Assembly (NCBI GenBank): GCA_029717555.1
Contig: JAMDHS010000063.1
Coordinates: 62,001-122,456 of the forward strand
Reading direction: 5' to 3'
Length of the DNA: 60,456 nucleotides
Source of the DNA: Peribolospora baueri
Taxonomy: Eukaryota
Both the position numbers and the translations under genes were made by a program. Below the pieces are notes generated by a model, which saw nothing but the letters and a program-made list of their open reading frames with translations, had not been told where the DNA came from and did no database searches. Shown here in pieces: positions 46,347-59,160 of the stretch; position 1 is the stretch's first letter, and each line of letters opens with the position of its first letter.

Positions 46347-49190
46347 CTACAAGGCGTCCGACCTAGAGCCGACGCCTCGCACCATGTCCTCAAGTAGGTC
46401 GAGACGAAGACCGAGGATCTCCAGCGCCAACGTGCTCTCCATCCCCTCCTCGGCGTGCGCCCTCGATTCAACATCAACATCAATCTCCCTCTCGCCCTCC
46501 TCCGCCCGCCTTTTGGCTTCGCTCGACTTGGACTTCCACTCGACAATTTGCGTCCGCAGTGGCACTATAAAGTCGTTTCGCAGGGCCTCGACGGTCGTTC
46601 GATTTCGAATTCCAGTCTGACGGCGAAGCATGGGAAACGCCTCAAAGAGGGTCAGGTTCTGCAGACCAGGCCAGACGAGGCCGCTCCATCCACCATCCGC
46701 CAAGTGGACGCCGATCGGATAAACTCAACCGCCCTCAAGCGCTCGGTTCGGTCCAGACCCGCGGGCCCTCGCCTCGCCTCGCCTCGCCTCTTCTCGCTCA
46801 CCTCGTTCTTCTCGTCTCTTCCAAGCAGAAAAAGACCCAGACCGGCCGCTTCAACCAGCTTGGGTTGGTGGACTTGCAGGAACTCGTCTAGCTCGATCGG
46901 TCCTCCTTCATTCGACGAAGAAGACAGCATCGTCCTCGCGTCGAACAAAGGTTTCCAAAGCGCCCGCAGTAAGGCTGGAGAAGCGAGCGAGCGTGAGGGG
47001 GAGGCAGGAGCGCACAACGACAGCGCGCGACCGACCTCCTGTCGGACGAGGCCGACGGCCGCCGCGCGGACATTGTCGTACGGGCATTCGACGAGATCGA
47101 CGAGCATCAACCGCCGCGCCTCCGGCGTCGATGCGCCGATAAGCGAGGAGACGACTCGAAAGATGACGAAGCGCACCGCCGCGTCCGGCGAGTTGGCCAG
47201 CGGGTCGAGCAGAGCCTGTGACGCGCGATGAGAGCAGTCGGTCAGACGCCGTCCTCGTCGTCGTCGTCCTAGTCGACGGATTCCCGCCGCACAATCTGGC
47301 TTACCTGCACGAGCATGAAGGAAGACGTGTCGTCCAACTCCGGGCTCTTAGAACCGCTCCCTCCATCGGTGCCGTCCAGCACCCATAATAACCACCATAA
47401 CGCTTCATCCAAGAAGCGGCCGCCGCAGTTCAGAGCGGCCAAAAGCGTGCCAATCGAAGGAGATAGACACGAGACGTCCCCTCGGACGGCCGACGCCAGG
47501 CTTCTGAATGCTTCCAGACTCGTTCTTCGGTCCGCTGACGCGCCCTTCCCAGCTTCAACGTCAGCGTTCGCCGAGGTGGAGGCGTGCAGTAGGTGGATGG
47601 AACAGGCGAACGCTTCTAATCGTAGTGTCGCTGGCGTGTGGTCGGAAGACGTCGTGGCCCCTTCGGAGCCACAATCGCCTCGCGCCAAGCGGTCCCCTTC
47701 CCCTCCTCGCTCTCCGACTACCGGCAACGACCTTCTCAGATCGCGGCCGAATGCGAGAGTGAGAATATCGACACGTAAATCAAAGACGACTCTCTGTAAG
47801 ACCAAACGTGGGAGGATGACGAGACGGTCAGCGTTGACACCTACCATGGCAACCCAGCAGACGCGCCGAGTGGAATGCCCACGAAAATAGCATCGAGGAA
47901 CGATGGACCCACCCCGATCTCCTTCCAAATCTCCGTTCGAATCCTCCTCCAATCTGTCGCACCGACGTCGTCTTCGCCATCCATCGCTTTCCCGCGGCCA
48001 TCCGGCCGGACAAAACTCCAGTGTGGACGCGAGCTTTTGAACAATTCGTCAGCGATGCCCGGATCCGAGGGCCTCGTAAAGGGAGAAAGAAGGGGCGAAA
48101 GGGGCATCCAGAGGAGAAGATGTAATATTGCATCTGGCAGAAGAGATCGAGGCTGAGAGGACGGTTGAGACACGCCGTTCTGCCACCATTGACTGGCGGC
48201 ACAGACGAGAGCGCACATGGACAGGACGAGGTATCGGGCGGCATCCAGTCGCACGTGGTGATGGGCCGTTGAAGCGGGTGCCGCTGTTAATAGAGGGGGG
48301 TTGGAAAGCACTTGGTGAAAACTGAGGGAAAGAGGTTCAAGGAAGCCGTTGTTATTTTTTGTCTTGATGTGCGGCAGGACTGAATGCGGTTTAAGGCACC
48401 GGAGAAAGGCGAAAAAGAGGTTAGTACAGTGAGAGACCGAGTCGACACGACGTGTCAAGAGAACGGTGCACTCACCTTCCGTGAACACGTCGGCGAGCGC
48501 GCTCAATCGCAGCATCACATCCTCAGCGGCGTCCTCTGCAAAGGATGGCCCTTGTCCAACGGTCGGAGAAGGGGCCTCTTCCTCACCATCCCCGACGTCT
48601 TCCCCACCTTTGATCGCTTCTAGGTGAGTCTGCTCGAGCGCCTCGCTGGCGACGAGAAAGATCTCGCGAGGATTGCCCAATCGAGCAAGCACCGAGAGCG
48701 CCCTCGAGGCGGGAGATCGACAGGATGTAGAAGGCGAGGATACCTCCTGGGGAGAGGATTTAGGGGGGCTGACGGGAGAGCGGCTGGACGTCCAACCTGA
48801 CGAGGTGAGTGGGGCGAGGAGGCCGAAGAGCTCGTCGCCCTGCGAGGTGAAGACGGCCTAGACGTGCGCAAAGGGTCGAGGGCCAAAGGGAAAACGGGGA
48901 AAACTTGGAAATGTGCTTTCGCTCTCTCGTCACCCGCCTTGGAGAGCTCCCAGTTGCCCGTCTCCCCGCCTGCTTAGACAGGCCAGACTGACTACGCCGC
49001 GGAGAGAACGCACCTTCAATCCATCCGACAAACAGCGTTCCAGCTCCTCAAATGCGTCAGCGATGACTTCCAACGCTCCTGGGCCCCTCTTACGGCCAGC
49101 CAAGACCGCCGCCTCACTTCCCTCGCCTCGATCTCCCACCGTGTCGATCCCTTCGACAGGCTCAAGAGAAGCCCGTTTTTGTGCTTCCAC
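46347..49190 (-). CDS. Ybp1/ALF4/glomulin family protein (Yap1-binding-like), multi-exon
   Basis: Helical protein with SSGW, LARLGNPREIFLVASEAL, LLSEIVAG, EALWWLLW, LVECPYDNVRAAAVGLVRQEV, EAAGLGLFLLGRDEKNE and FIVPLR, which resemble the YBP1 family from memory. Confidence 0.7.
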
Positions 49191-50767
49191 CGCATCGTGA
49201 ACAAGAAGGAAGAAACGTCTGGATGGAGAGGGGGACTGCCCCGTTCCCTCGGCCTGATCGTTCAGCCGATAGTAGGAGACGAGAAGGGGGGAGCAATGCG
49301 TTCACGAGCGTTTGTTAGCCTACGAACCAAACGGGATGGAATTCGACGTTCACGTGCACGCTTCAAGAAGTAGCTGCAACGATGGTGCGCACTGTCGATG
49401 ATGCTTGTTTGGTCAGCTCGAAGAGGCGGTCTCGAAGAGAACGGAAGGCCATCGCCGCGTTTTGACCGGTCGGTCCAGTTGTCCCTAGGTCGTCGTCGTC
49501 TTGCAGTGTCCTAATTGGGCCTGATCGCCGCAGAAGAGATCGCTCAAAGGCCGCAGCGGCAGCGGTCGCGGCGCAAGCGGCGCGAAAAGAGCGCGCAGTC
49601 GATGTGCGTCAAATTCGCCCCGAACGTCCCTATAAAAGCTCGCCTAAGGTCGCAGCCTGCCAGAAGCCGTCCTTTCCTGTCCCCCGACTTCCTTTCCTTC
49701 TCACCAATGCCATTCGTCCCTCAGGGATGCTTCCCTTCCAGTCTTCAGTGAAGAGCGAGCACGACCGCTCCTTCGAGCTGTGCTCTTCGTTCTTGCCGTT
49801 TATCGTGGGAGGGCTCGCCGTCCCTCTCGCTTCTACCTCCATGTCCCAACCAGCCTCTTCTTCCCTTTCCATTCCTCATCGAAGGGCGGCAGTGCTCACC
49901 CTTCTCGCTTCTCTCGTCGATCCACATCTCGCCTCACATCATCGTCACCTCCCTCACCCGTCGTCCCTCTCGCAGGCTTCCTCTTTTCACCGGCCAATAT
50001 GGATGGAGTCACCAGCTGACGCCGCGGCTAACTTCCGGCCGCCCTCAACTTCCCTCCGTCCACGCAACATCGCTCTTCCCATTCTCACCGTCTACCGCGT
50101 CCCTCTTCCCGTCGCCATGACGACCAATCAAACTCAGCCCGCTTGCAATCGTCTCGCGCACGTGCGCGCACGCACGCCGTGTGGGCGTGCGTGCCGCACC
50201 TGTCGGGCCGCTCCACCCGGCGACACCCGCCTAATCCGCCCCGACCGTCGCCATCCAAAATTTTTCTTCTCCTCTTCATCCCCTGTTCCTGTTCCTGAAC
50301 GTTTCCCTTCTTCTAGCACGACCTTTGCGAGACTATCGGTTTGTCTATCGTCATCGCCATTGGAGCCAACGCGCACCACCCGTCGCACTACGTGACTCGA
50401 CCTCGTCGCGCCGTACGGCAGTGCCAATCCTAGCAACGACCGCCGCCGTTTCATCGCGCAACTTTCTCTCAGCCAGCAGACCCGAAAATAGCCGAATTTC
50501 CCATTCTGGCTTTCTGTCGTACGCCACAAACGAGTGAGACACCGGTCGGTTCTCCAATGAGCAGGCCGGTGACGTTGTCGCCCCAAACGACCCTTACTCA
50601 CCTCCACCGCTCTCCCTACAAATACTCCCCTCTTGCCGGTTTTTTTCTTGCTCCTTCTCCACTATCTTGCCCTGCCTTTTCGCTGGTGCCCGCTGACGAC
50701 CCGCACGAACGTCCCTCACGACACAAAAGCCACAACACCTTTTTCCAAAAACAGAACAAGAACAACC

Positions 50768-52036
50768 ATGTTCTGCTCTTCCTCCCGTCCCCTCCTTGCC
50801 CTCGCTGGCTTTGCCGCCGTCGCTCAGGCACACTTTACGCTCGATGTGAGTCCCTGGTCTCGTCGGTTTACGGACAGACAGACCTCCGATTCTGCCATTC
50901 GCAAGCTGTGAGCACAGATCGTCATTGACAACCGGTCCCGCTGGCCGCTTTACTCTTCCCCCCCGCTTCGTCCGCTTTCTTGCGCTGCAGTATCCGCTGA
51001 CTCGCGGCTTTGACGACAACATGGAGCCTCTCCCTGCTTGCGGCGGCTTCACCAACGTCACTTCCAGGACTCCATTCCCGCTGAGTGAGCGTCGTTTGAT
51101 ATCCTTTACGTCATGTTCAGTCAGAGTATTCTGAATACCTCGCTGACTTTTGCTCCACCTCCATCCTCCCTTCCCGTCGCGTTCCCTCCCGCCTGAAGCC
51201 AACGGCCAGATCCAGATCGGCTCCCATCACCCGTCAGCGACGATCGAGGTCTTGATCTCCTTTGACGCCGTTCCTAACAACAACACTCAGTTTACCTCTA
51301 ACCCTCTGCTCGTCAACTCTACGTCTATCACCGGTGAAGTGAGTCACAGGGAGAGAAGCGATGAGACGATGGATGACGAGCGAGCGACGGGCTACCCCTC
51401 TCGGGTTACGTCGCTACTCTTCGCCTCCCTCCCCCTTCCACCCACTCACTCGTTTACCATTGACGATTCGTCACAGGGCGAGTTTTGCTTTGTCATAAAC
51501 CCGGCCGATGCGGTGCCGCAGATGGCGAAAAACAACACGAACGCGACCCTTCAGGTCTCCTACGCCAATGACGTTCACGGTCAGCTTTACCAAGTGGGTT
51601 TCGTTTCGTTTGTGGTTTCTGTTCTTCGGATGTTTGACGCGTCATCGTGAGGTTTGATGTCCAAGGGACTGGACCAACGCCTCACCGCCCCGTCACCGCG
51701 ATGATACTCGGTGCAGCCGTTCGGGTGGAAAAGAGTCGGGCTAATCCTAATTTGTCCGACCGTCCCCACCCCTGTCCCCCTCTCATCCAGTGCGCGGACA
51801 TCACCCTGGTCTCCAGTGCCACGTCGCCCAGCAACTTCACGGGCGGAGCGTGCGCGAACGCCACCAAGGCGGCCGCTTTCCCGTCGGGCATCTCCTCGGG
51901 TGATGATGACGGCACCGCTTCGGGTTCGGGTTCGAGCGGCGCCAGTGGGATGGTGGCCGGCTCGAGCCTCATGGCCACCACCGCCACGGCTGTGTTGGGT
52001 GCTGTGGCCGTGGGTGGGCTCGCCGTCTTGCTTTGA
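50768..52036 (+). CDS. GPI-anchored X325/Bim1-like LPMO-like copper-binding protein, 5 exons
   Basis: Signal peptide ends AQA, so the mature protein starts at His1 (HFTLDYPLTRGFDD). Also CGG, second His in SHHP, GEFCF, NATLQV, LYQCADITL, an S/G linker and a hydrophobic GPI tail. Confidence 0.9.
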
Positions 52037-53326
52037 TGGCCGTTTGTCGTCTGCCCATCGTCCGTCCGACGCTGGAAAAGCGAGGACACCCTTTGTTCTG
52101 CCATGTCGGCTATCGCTCTGTGACTCCCTGTGCTTCCTCGCCACGCTCCTCCCTCCCCCCTTTCGACCATCGAATCGGGTCACCCGGTCCGCTGTGCGGA
52201 TGGACCGGATAGTGAAGAAATAAGATGGATCGTCTTGTTGAATTTGAAGACGATGGAAGAGAACAAGGGAAAGCCCCGTCTTCTAACCCCGGTCGGCGAG
52301 ACGCTAGGTTCCTCCTCGACGAGGAATGGTACGGTACATACTGGATGGGAGACGGTCAATAAAAAAGAGGGGGTCGTGTGGCCAGGGGGTTGGAGGGGAG
52401 AGTTCACCCTCCTTGCACGGCCTTGCGCTGACCGTGGGACGTCCTTTTGGGCGCTCGGGCATGGGCACATCCGAATTGGGGTGGGGGGACTCTTAGAACG
52501 TATCGGTCGGTCGATAAGAGAGGGAAGAGGTTAAGATCTGCGCGGGATAAGATCGGCCGATCCACGAAGATGGATCTCCATCCGCACGCACGCGTATACG
52601 CGCTCCTGCGGGGCCCTCGCTGATCGCTGATCGGTGGTTGGGCTGGCTGGCTTGGCTGGCTGGCTTTGGCTGGGGCTGGGCTGCCGTCTGGGCGTTTGCA
52701 TGCGATGATGATGATGATGATGCGATCTGACCGGGTCGTCGTACCTCCCTCATCCAGGACGACGACTCCGTACACGTCCCGCCCGCTCGCCTCTTTACTT
52801 TACTTTACGTGGCGGGGCGAAGAGGGAGGATGAGATGGAGGGAGGGCGCCACCCTGCTCCGTCTGCTGTCGGGCGAGCGAGCGGAAAAAGGAGCAAAAGT
52901 GCGTGCCAAGTCGTTCCAGCGAGACACGGAGGCTGTAGGCGGCGAGTCTCATTTATGCCCAAGCACCGCCTTGGGCCTAAATAATTGCAGGCGGTGATCA
53001 CGGGATTGACTGCCCGCTTCCTCCCCGGTCGGTCATCCGTCGGCCCTCGTCCGTCCGTCAGCCATCGCCCGTCCATCGTCCATCGTCCATCTTCACGGCG
53101 CGATTTACTTGCGCCTTTACATATCTGTGTCCGTCGCGCCGCTCCACCTTCGTCTTCTTTTCCCCTTTTCTCGTCCCATTTCCTCTTACACCTCCTCTGG
53201 CCCCCCACCTTTTCCTTTCCTACTGTCACGTTCCTTCACGACCCCTTCTCCATCGCTCACGAAACTCCGATTCGGTGCTTCACATCCTCGCTCCGATCTC
53301 TGACGACCAAGAATCGACCCCTCGAA

Positions 53327-54332
53327 ATGGCACGCACCCTCGCTCTTTCCTTCGCAGCCGCGGCCGTCGCCGTCGCCGCCTCCGTTCTCGCCCTCGCTCC
53401 CTCGAGCGCCAACGCGCTGATCACCAACGTCGCGCTCAATCAGGGCGGCGTCCCCGACGAGTACGGCCGGTTCACTTTCTCCTTCAACACCTCCACCCCC
53501 GCCAGCCAGGCCAGCTCCGGCCAGAAGGACTATGGCGTCATCTTCGGCCTCCTGCCTGCCTCAGACGCCGCGGGCGCGGGCAACAACCTGGGCACCATCA
53601 CCTTTGGTTGGGCTGACTTGCCGGTGAGCTAGCTAGTCGACCGACGTGCGAAACGCGCTCGGACAACAGGGACCGCTCCCTCGTCATATCGCTTACCCTC
53701 GCGTCCCTTACGCCAACTCCCTTCTTTTCTTCTTGCCCGCTAGGATGAGAACTCGACCTCGTCCAACGACACTGACGGCCAGACACATTGTCAGATCCTC
53801 CTCCCTCGCGAGGTGTACCCGGCCCAAGGCACGCAGAACTTCTCGCTCACCGCCAGCGTCTTCAGCGTCACTCAGGCTCCCGGGGTGAGCCAAGCCGAGA
53901 GCGTCCGGTGTCGTCGGGCATTCATGAACCTCCATTGACCAGATCGTCCTTCATCCCATTCATCGTTCCCAGTCTTCCTTCCTGCAAGGGACCACAAAGT
54001 CCTACTCCCTTCCTGTGAGCCTCACCGGGCCTCCTCCGACGTCCACCGGCCCATCCAAGCGCGACGTCTACCCCTCCGACGACTGGGCCGCCGCCTGGGC
54101 TCCTCGGGCCAACCTGGCTGCCGTGCGCGTGGGCATCCTCGAACGCGCCGATCGGGAGGCCGCCGTCCTGTCGCAGCTGGACGGCAAGGACGGAGGAGAT
54201 CCGAGCGTGGACGGGACGACCAAGTGCCTTTGGGCGCCCTCCTCCGATCTCGTCCCCGGTCCTCATGGTCCTCCCGGCTATAGGAAGAGGGCTGATGGCC
54301 TCTGGGAGAGGATCCCCAGTGAGGTTATCTGA
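53327..54332 (+). CDS. Secreted NIS1-like effector with a C-terminal extension, 3 exons
   Basis: Signal peptide ending SANA|LITNV, then FTFSFNTS..KDYGVIFGL..NLGTI..LTASVFSV..SYSLPVSL, which follows the NIS1 pattern as recalled. Introns about 53624-53743 and 53885-53971. Confidence 0.65.
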
Positions 54333-55304
54333 GCGCCAAGGGCCACTGCCACGCGGGCAGTTCGCCGACCATCCGCTCTCCTGTCCTCTCGATGGACACT
54401 CTAGACGCTTGCACATTTCCGCTCACCTCTTCCCATCTGTTTGCTCGCATCGACATGGACCCTTCTGCCCTTCCTTCCCATGTTTTTCGCATCGATATGG
54501 ACACTGTTCCCTTTTTCCTGTCTCCCGTCTTGCATCCCTCTCGCTCTTCGTCTTTTGCTTTTTTCCCCTTCGCTCGTTGTCCCTATCTCACCCACGCCAC
54601 GTGAGCCGAACCGAGCCGACCCGAGCCGCCGTTTCGAGGTCCGTCCACTACCGTTTCTGCATCTGATGGGTGCCTTCATCCAGGCCCCCTGCTCGGCGCC
54701 CGATCTATGTATCCCCATCGTCCGTTTCCCTGTCCGTCGACGCACCGCTTCGCTTCCCCAAGCTACCACCCCACCGTCTTGTAGCACATCCGTGGACGCA
54801 CTTCCCCTGACTCTTTGTTTTTCCCCCGGCCTGCGGGTTCTAAAAAGATCCCACCTTGGCCTGTCTCGAACGCTAGTCCATCGCTCGAGCCCGGGAGCCA
54901 GACTCTGTCGTGACAAAGAGTCCAGAGTTTTGTGTCCCAAGGTCACGCGATACCGCGCGCCAAGCTATCGGTCACAGCGTCGCTGTGGAGCGGGCCATCG
55001 GCCGTCCGTCGCTGTGGGAGACTTAGGAGGGGGAAAAGCGAAGTCCTTGGGCAGTTCGCGACGAGAATCGACCGTGTGTGACAGAGAGGAGGCTGGCCTG
55101 GTGGTGGTGACTGGCAAGACGGCACCTATCTACGGTCGTCAGGCGACGACGCATGCGCCGGTCTCGGAGATGACGCTATGACGTGCCCCTTTATCTGTCT
55201 GTCTATCTATCTACTCCACGATCACTCGCTCCTCGGACCGGCCTACCACCACGACCAACACCACCACCACCTCTTCTCCTTCATCGCTCCTGACCTGGCC
55301 GACC

Positions 55305-57082
55305 ATGAAGCTCTCCCTGCCTTTCGCCTCGCTTCTCGTCCTCGGCGCGGGCGTCCAGGCCGTGCCGATGCAGTGGCCCTTCCTCTCCCCTTTCAAGACG
55401 GCCCTCGAGGCCACCACCTCCTCCTCCCCTTTCCTCTCCCCCTTCCTCACCTCCCTCTCCTCCCTCGCCGTACCCTCCCTCGAAGACTTTGCCTGGCTAG
55501 CAGAAAAACGCCTCGTACAGATCTCTCACGATGAACCGCCGAGGTGGATGACAGAGGCAGAGAAGATGTGGCGGAGGTACGGCGGACAGACGTTCATGGA
55601 CGTTACCGATCATCCCCACCTTGGCCTCTTGACCAACTCGCTCAAGTCTGGCTCGGGCGACGACGGTGAGTGAGCGTGTTTGGCCGGCGCCCGACTGCGA
55701 CTGCGACGGCGAGCAGGACGGGGGACGGGGAGGGAAAGGAAAGAAAGAGCAAGGCACGCTCAGTCCAATCCTTATCTCGCCCGTTTGTCCGCCACCGCAT
55801 CCCTCTTCTCCCTCTTCCCTCTCAGGCGCCTGGCCCAAGCTGTCCCACCAGGAGGTCGTCCAGCCTATCCTCGCCAACTTGTCCACCGCCGGCCCGCGCA
55901 AGAACCTGGCCAAGTTCTCCTCCTTCCGTACCCGGTACTACCGATCCGCCGAGGGGCGCCAGTCTTCACTCTGGCTGCGCGCTCTCCTCACCGACCTGGT
56001 AGCGAGCTTCAACCGGACGGACGTTGTCGTGGAGCCGTTCGAGCACCGGTGGGGCCAGGACAGCATCATCGTGCACATCCCCGGGGCGGGGGACGAGGCC
56101 CTCGTCAAAGAGAAGGGCGTCGTCATCGTCGGCGCTCATCAGGACAGCACCAACCTCATCCCCTTCCTCGGTGCCCCTGGAGCCGACGATGATGGCTCTG
56201 GAACGGTGACCGCCGTCGAGGCTCTGCGTGGTGCGTCGTGCGACCTCTTTTTTTTTTTTTCCTGCACACGCTTTTCGCCCTCCCGCCCTTGGCTGATCGA
56301 CGTCCCTTCGGGCCCCTCCCGTCCTCCCAGGACTCTTGGCACACGATTTCCGTCCCACTCTTCCCGTCGAGTTCATGTTCTTCAGCGCAGAGGAAGGCGG
56401 CCTCCTCGGGAGCCAGGCCATCGCGGCTCACTACGAGCAGACGGGCAAGAAAGTCCGCGCGATGATGGAGGTGAGCGTGTCTATCATCGCTCGCTTCTTC
56501 TTCTTCGTCTTCTTTTTCAGCAGCCAGACCCAAAACGACGCGTTTGCTGATCTCTGGCGGGGTGCCGTCGGGGGAAATTTAACAGCAAGACATGACGGCA
56601 TGGGTCAAGAAAGGTACGCGCGAGGAGGTCGGCATCGTCAACGATTTTGCCGACGCGGGCCTTACCAAGTGGCTCAAGACGGTCGTCGACGAGTACCTCG
56701 ATATCCCTTGGGTGCGTTTGGTTTCTCGTCCTAGCGGGGAGCGGCGAGCGGCGAGCGTACCGGCGCGGTCTCCGCGGATCGATGACCTCACATCGCCTTT
56801 CATCTCCCATCCATCTCCATCCCGTCGCCCCCCCCACCCCCTCCGGCTCCTTCGCAGGTCGACACCAAGTGCGGATACGCATGCTCAGACTATGCCTCGT
56901 GGCAAAAGATCGGCAGCCCAAGCTGCTTCGCGATCGAGTCCCAGTTCGGCAACTCGAACCCCAACATCCACTCGACCAAGGACCGCATCGACATATCCGA
57001 CGAATTTTCGTTCGACCACATGCTTCAGTTCTCCCGTCTTAGCGTCGGCTTTGTCATAGAGCTCGCTGGTTGGAAGAAGTGA
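55305..57082 (+). CDS. Secreted leucine aminopeptidase, peptidase M28 family, 5 exons
   Basis: Signal peptide and propeptide (WMTEAEK..FMDVTD), [62 protein letters not shown]. Stop at 57080-57082. Confidence 0.95.
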
Positions 57083-58464
57083 GTGAGGAGGGAAGGGACT
57101 CAGCCATGTATATACATACAGTCGGATGGATGGGACGGAAAGTCGTGTAATCGGATCGGGTTCAATTACCCACCGTTGCATCGTCGTCGTCGTCGTCGTC
57201 TCTGCCACAGCCCCCTTGACCCCATTCCAGATGTCGCGCACAAAAACGCAGCCGGAGGTCCCATTGAGAAGACCAGCAAAGTGCCTCGGGGGGAAAGCGC
57301 CAATTTGCCAAGGAAGTGGGGAGCGGAAAGGCTGGGACGACACAAAGTCTCAAGAGTGCAGCAGTGATGGATTAAACAGGCGAAGACGAGAGCGGGAGGA
57401 AGAAGAAGACAAATGACGAGACGACGCAAGGAGGACGAAGGACGAAACGACATAGGAGGACGAAGGTGTGGCGGGCAGAGATGAGTAGGTACGTTACGCT
57501 CGAGGATAGGGTTCGGCTGAGAGGAAACAGAACGGAGCGAGCGGGCAAGGGTATGGACGATTGCGAGATCTGGGGTCTGGTTTTGGTCTTAAAGCAGCGA
57601 GTCGACGAGGCGAGGGAAAAGAACGGACGAGTAGGTCTACAGAACGAAGCAAGCCTCCCGTCATTCCGATGGGTGGGGATAAGAAGAAAAAAGAAGACGT
57701 CGGATGTCTTGTGGATTACGTAGGCTTTCCACAAGGGTGAAGCGTGGCCGTAACACACATACACGAGACCCTCAAGATCGTACAGACGACAAAAAGTCGA
57801 CGTGCGCCCGTCCCGCTACCTACCTATGTCGTCTTCGCAGTCCCCCCCTCTTGGCTCGTCAGCCACCGTCGCGCTGCGCCTCAACGCGCGCCTCGTCGTC
57901 GCCGCCTCCTTCTCCCCCTCGCTCACGGACCTCGGCCCCTGAGAACGGCCTCGTTCGCGAATATTTGCACGGGGGCAAACGCTCCGCCGTGATGAGCAGG
58001 GCGTGACGAAAACGGCGACTCGCTCCTTCTTTCCTCCTCCTCTTGTCGCTGTGCGACTTGGCTCCGCGGTGTCCCTCCGAGGCGGTAATGTTGCGCGGCG
58101 GCGCTTGGGATTGTATCTATACGCCCGTCCTTGTTCGCGACACCGATTTCACTTCTGCCCGACGTCGCCGACGAGGAGGGGGAGGTGCGGCGGACTTGGA
58201 TATCTTTTTTCGATCATGGAAGATCGCCTCGTCATTCATTACAAGTGGTAGTGATACATGAAAACGTAATGTGCGGCAACGAACGAAGTGTGGAGAAAGC
58301 AAAAGGAAGCGGTCCGCGAGATGTGCGTGCCAATGCGTCTCCCCCATTCCCCGAGCCCGGGTCCGTGCGCCCTTTTGTTACACCCCACCCGCGGGGTTAT
58401 CCTCCAAGCTGATTACTCTCGACCTCCCAAAGACAAGATAAAGCAGCGGCGGAGCTACCACCCG

Positions 58465-59160
58465 TCAGTCCTCGTCCTCCTCTTCCAATTCCTCCTCCTC
58501 AGCTTCTTCCTTCGCCTTCGGTGGCCTCCCTCTCCTTCCCTTGCTTGCCGCCCCTCCTCCAGCCGCCGCTCCCTTCCCCTTGCCTGAGCGCTCCGCGACG
58601 GGAGCAGGTTCGACGGGATCGGGGACCTTGTCGACGATGTCCTTGAGAAAATCGAACGAGTCGGTCTGATAGACGGTGCGCTTCCTGTTTCGGGGGAGGA
58701 AAGGGGAGGTGTCGGACGGGTGTGTATGCGTGTGTAAGCGCAGCACAAAAGAAAGGACGTTGCGGGATTTGCCAAACGAGAGAAATCCGGATGGAAAAGC
58801 CAGACATGGCATGACAGGGAATGCGAAGGAAGGGGAAGCACGACGAGGAAGCACTCACAGGTGGTAAGGCGCGATTTTCTTCGCTCCTCTCCTTCGCGTC
58901 TCCTTGACCGTTTCGTCGAGCAGCGATTGCATGAATAGCTCGAGTGATTTGGCTGCAGACGGGGGCGACCAGGCGAGGAGAGGAATGGGAAGAGCGAACG
59001 GATGGGCGAGCGAACGGGGTGGATGGAAGACAAAACAAGGAAGAAACTCACAAATGGCCACTGGCGTCGCTTGCGCAACCTTGCCCACGTCCTCGTCCAT
59101 CTGCATAATCTTTTTGATCCGCGCCACTGGAAACTTGGTCTGCGTACTGCGTTTGCCCAT
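58465..59160 (-). CDS. BUR6: Negative cofactor 2 alpha subunit (Bur6/DRAP1), histone fold, 3 exons
   Basis: [39 protein letters not shown]...[30 protein letters not shown], followed by an AT-hook-like RRGRPPK and an acidic tail. Confidence 0.95.
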
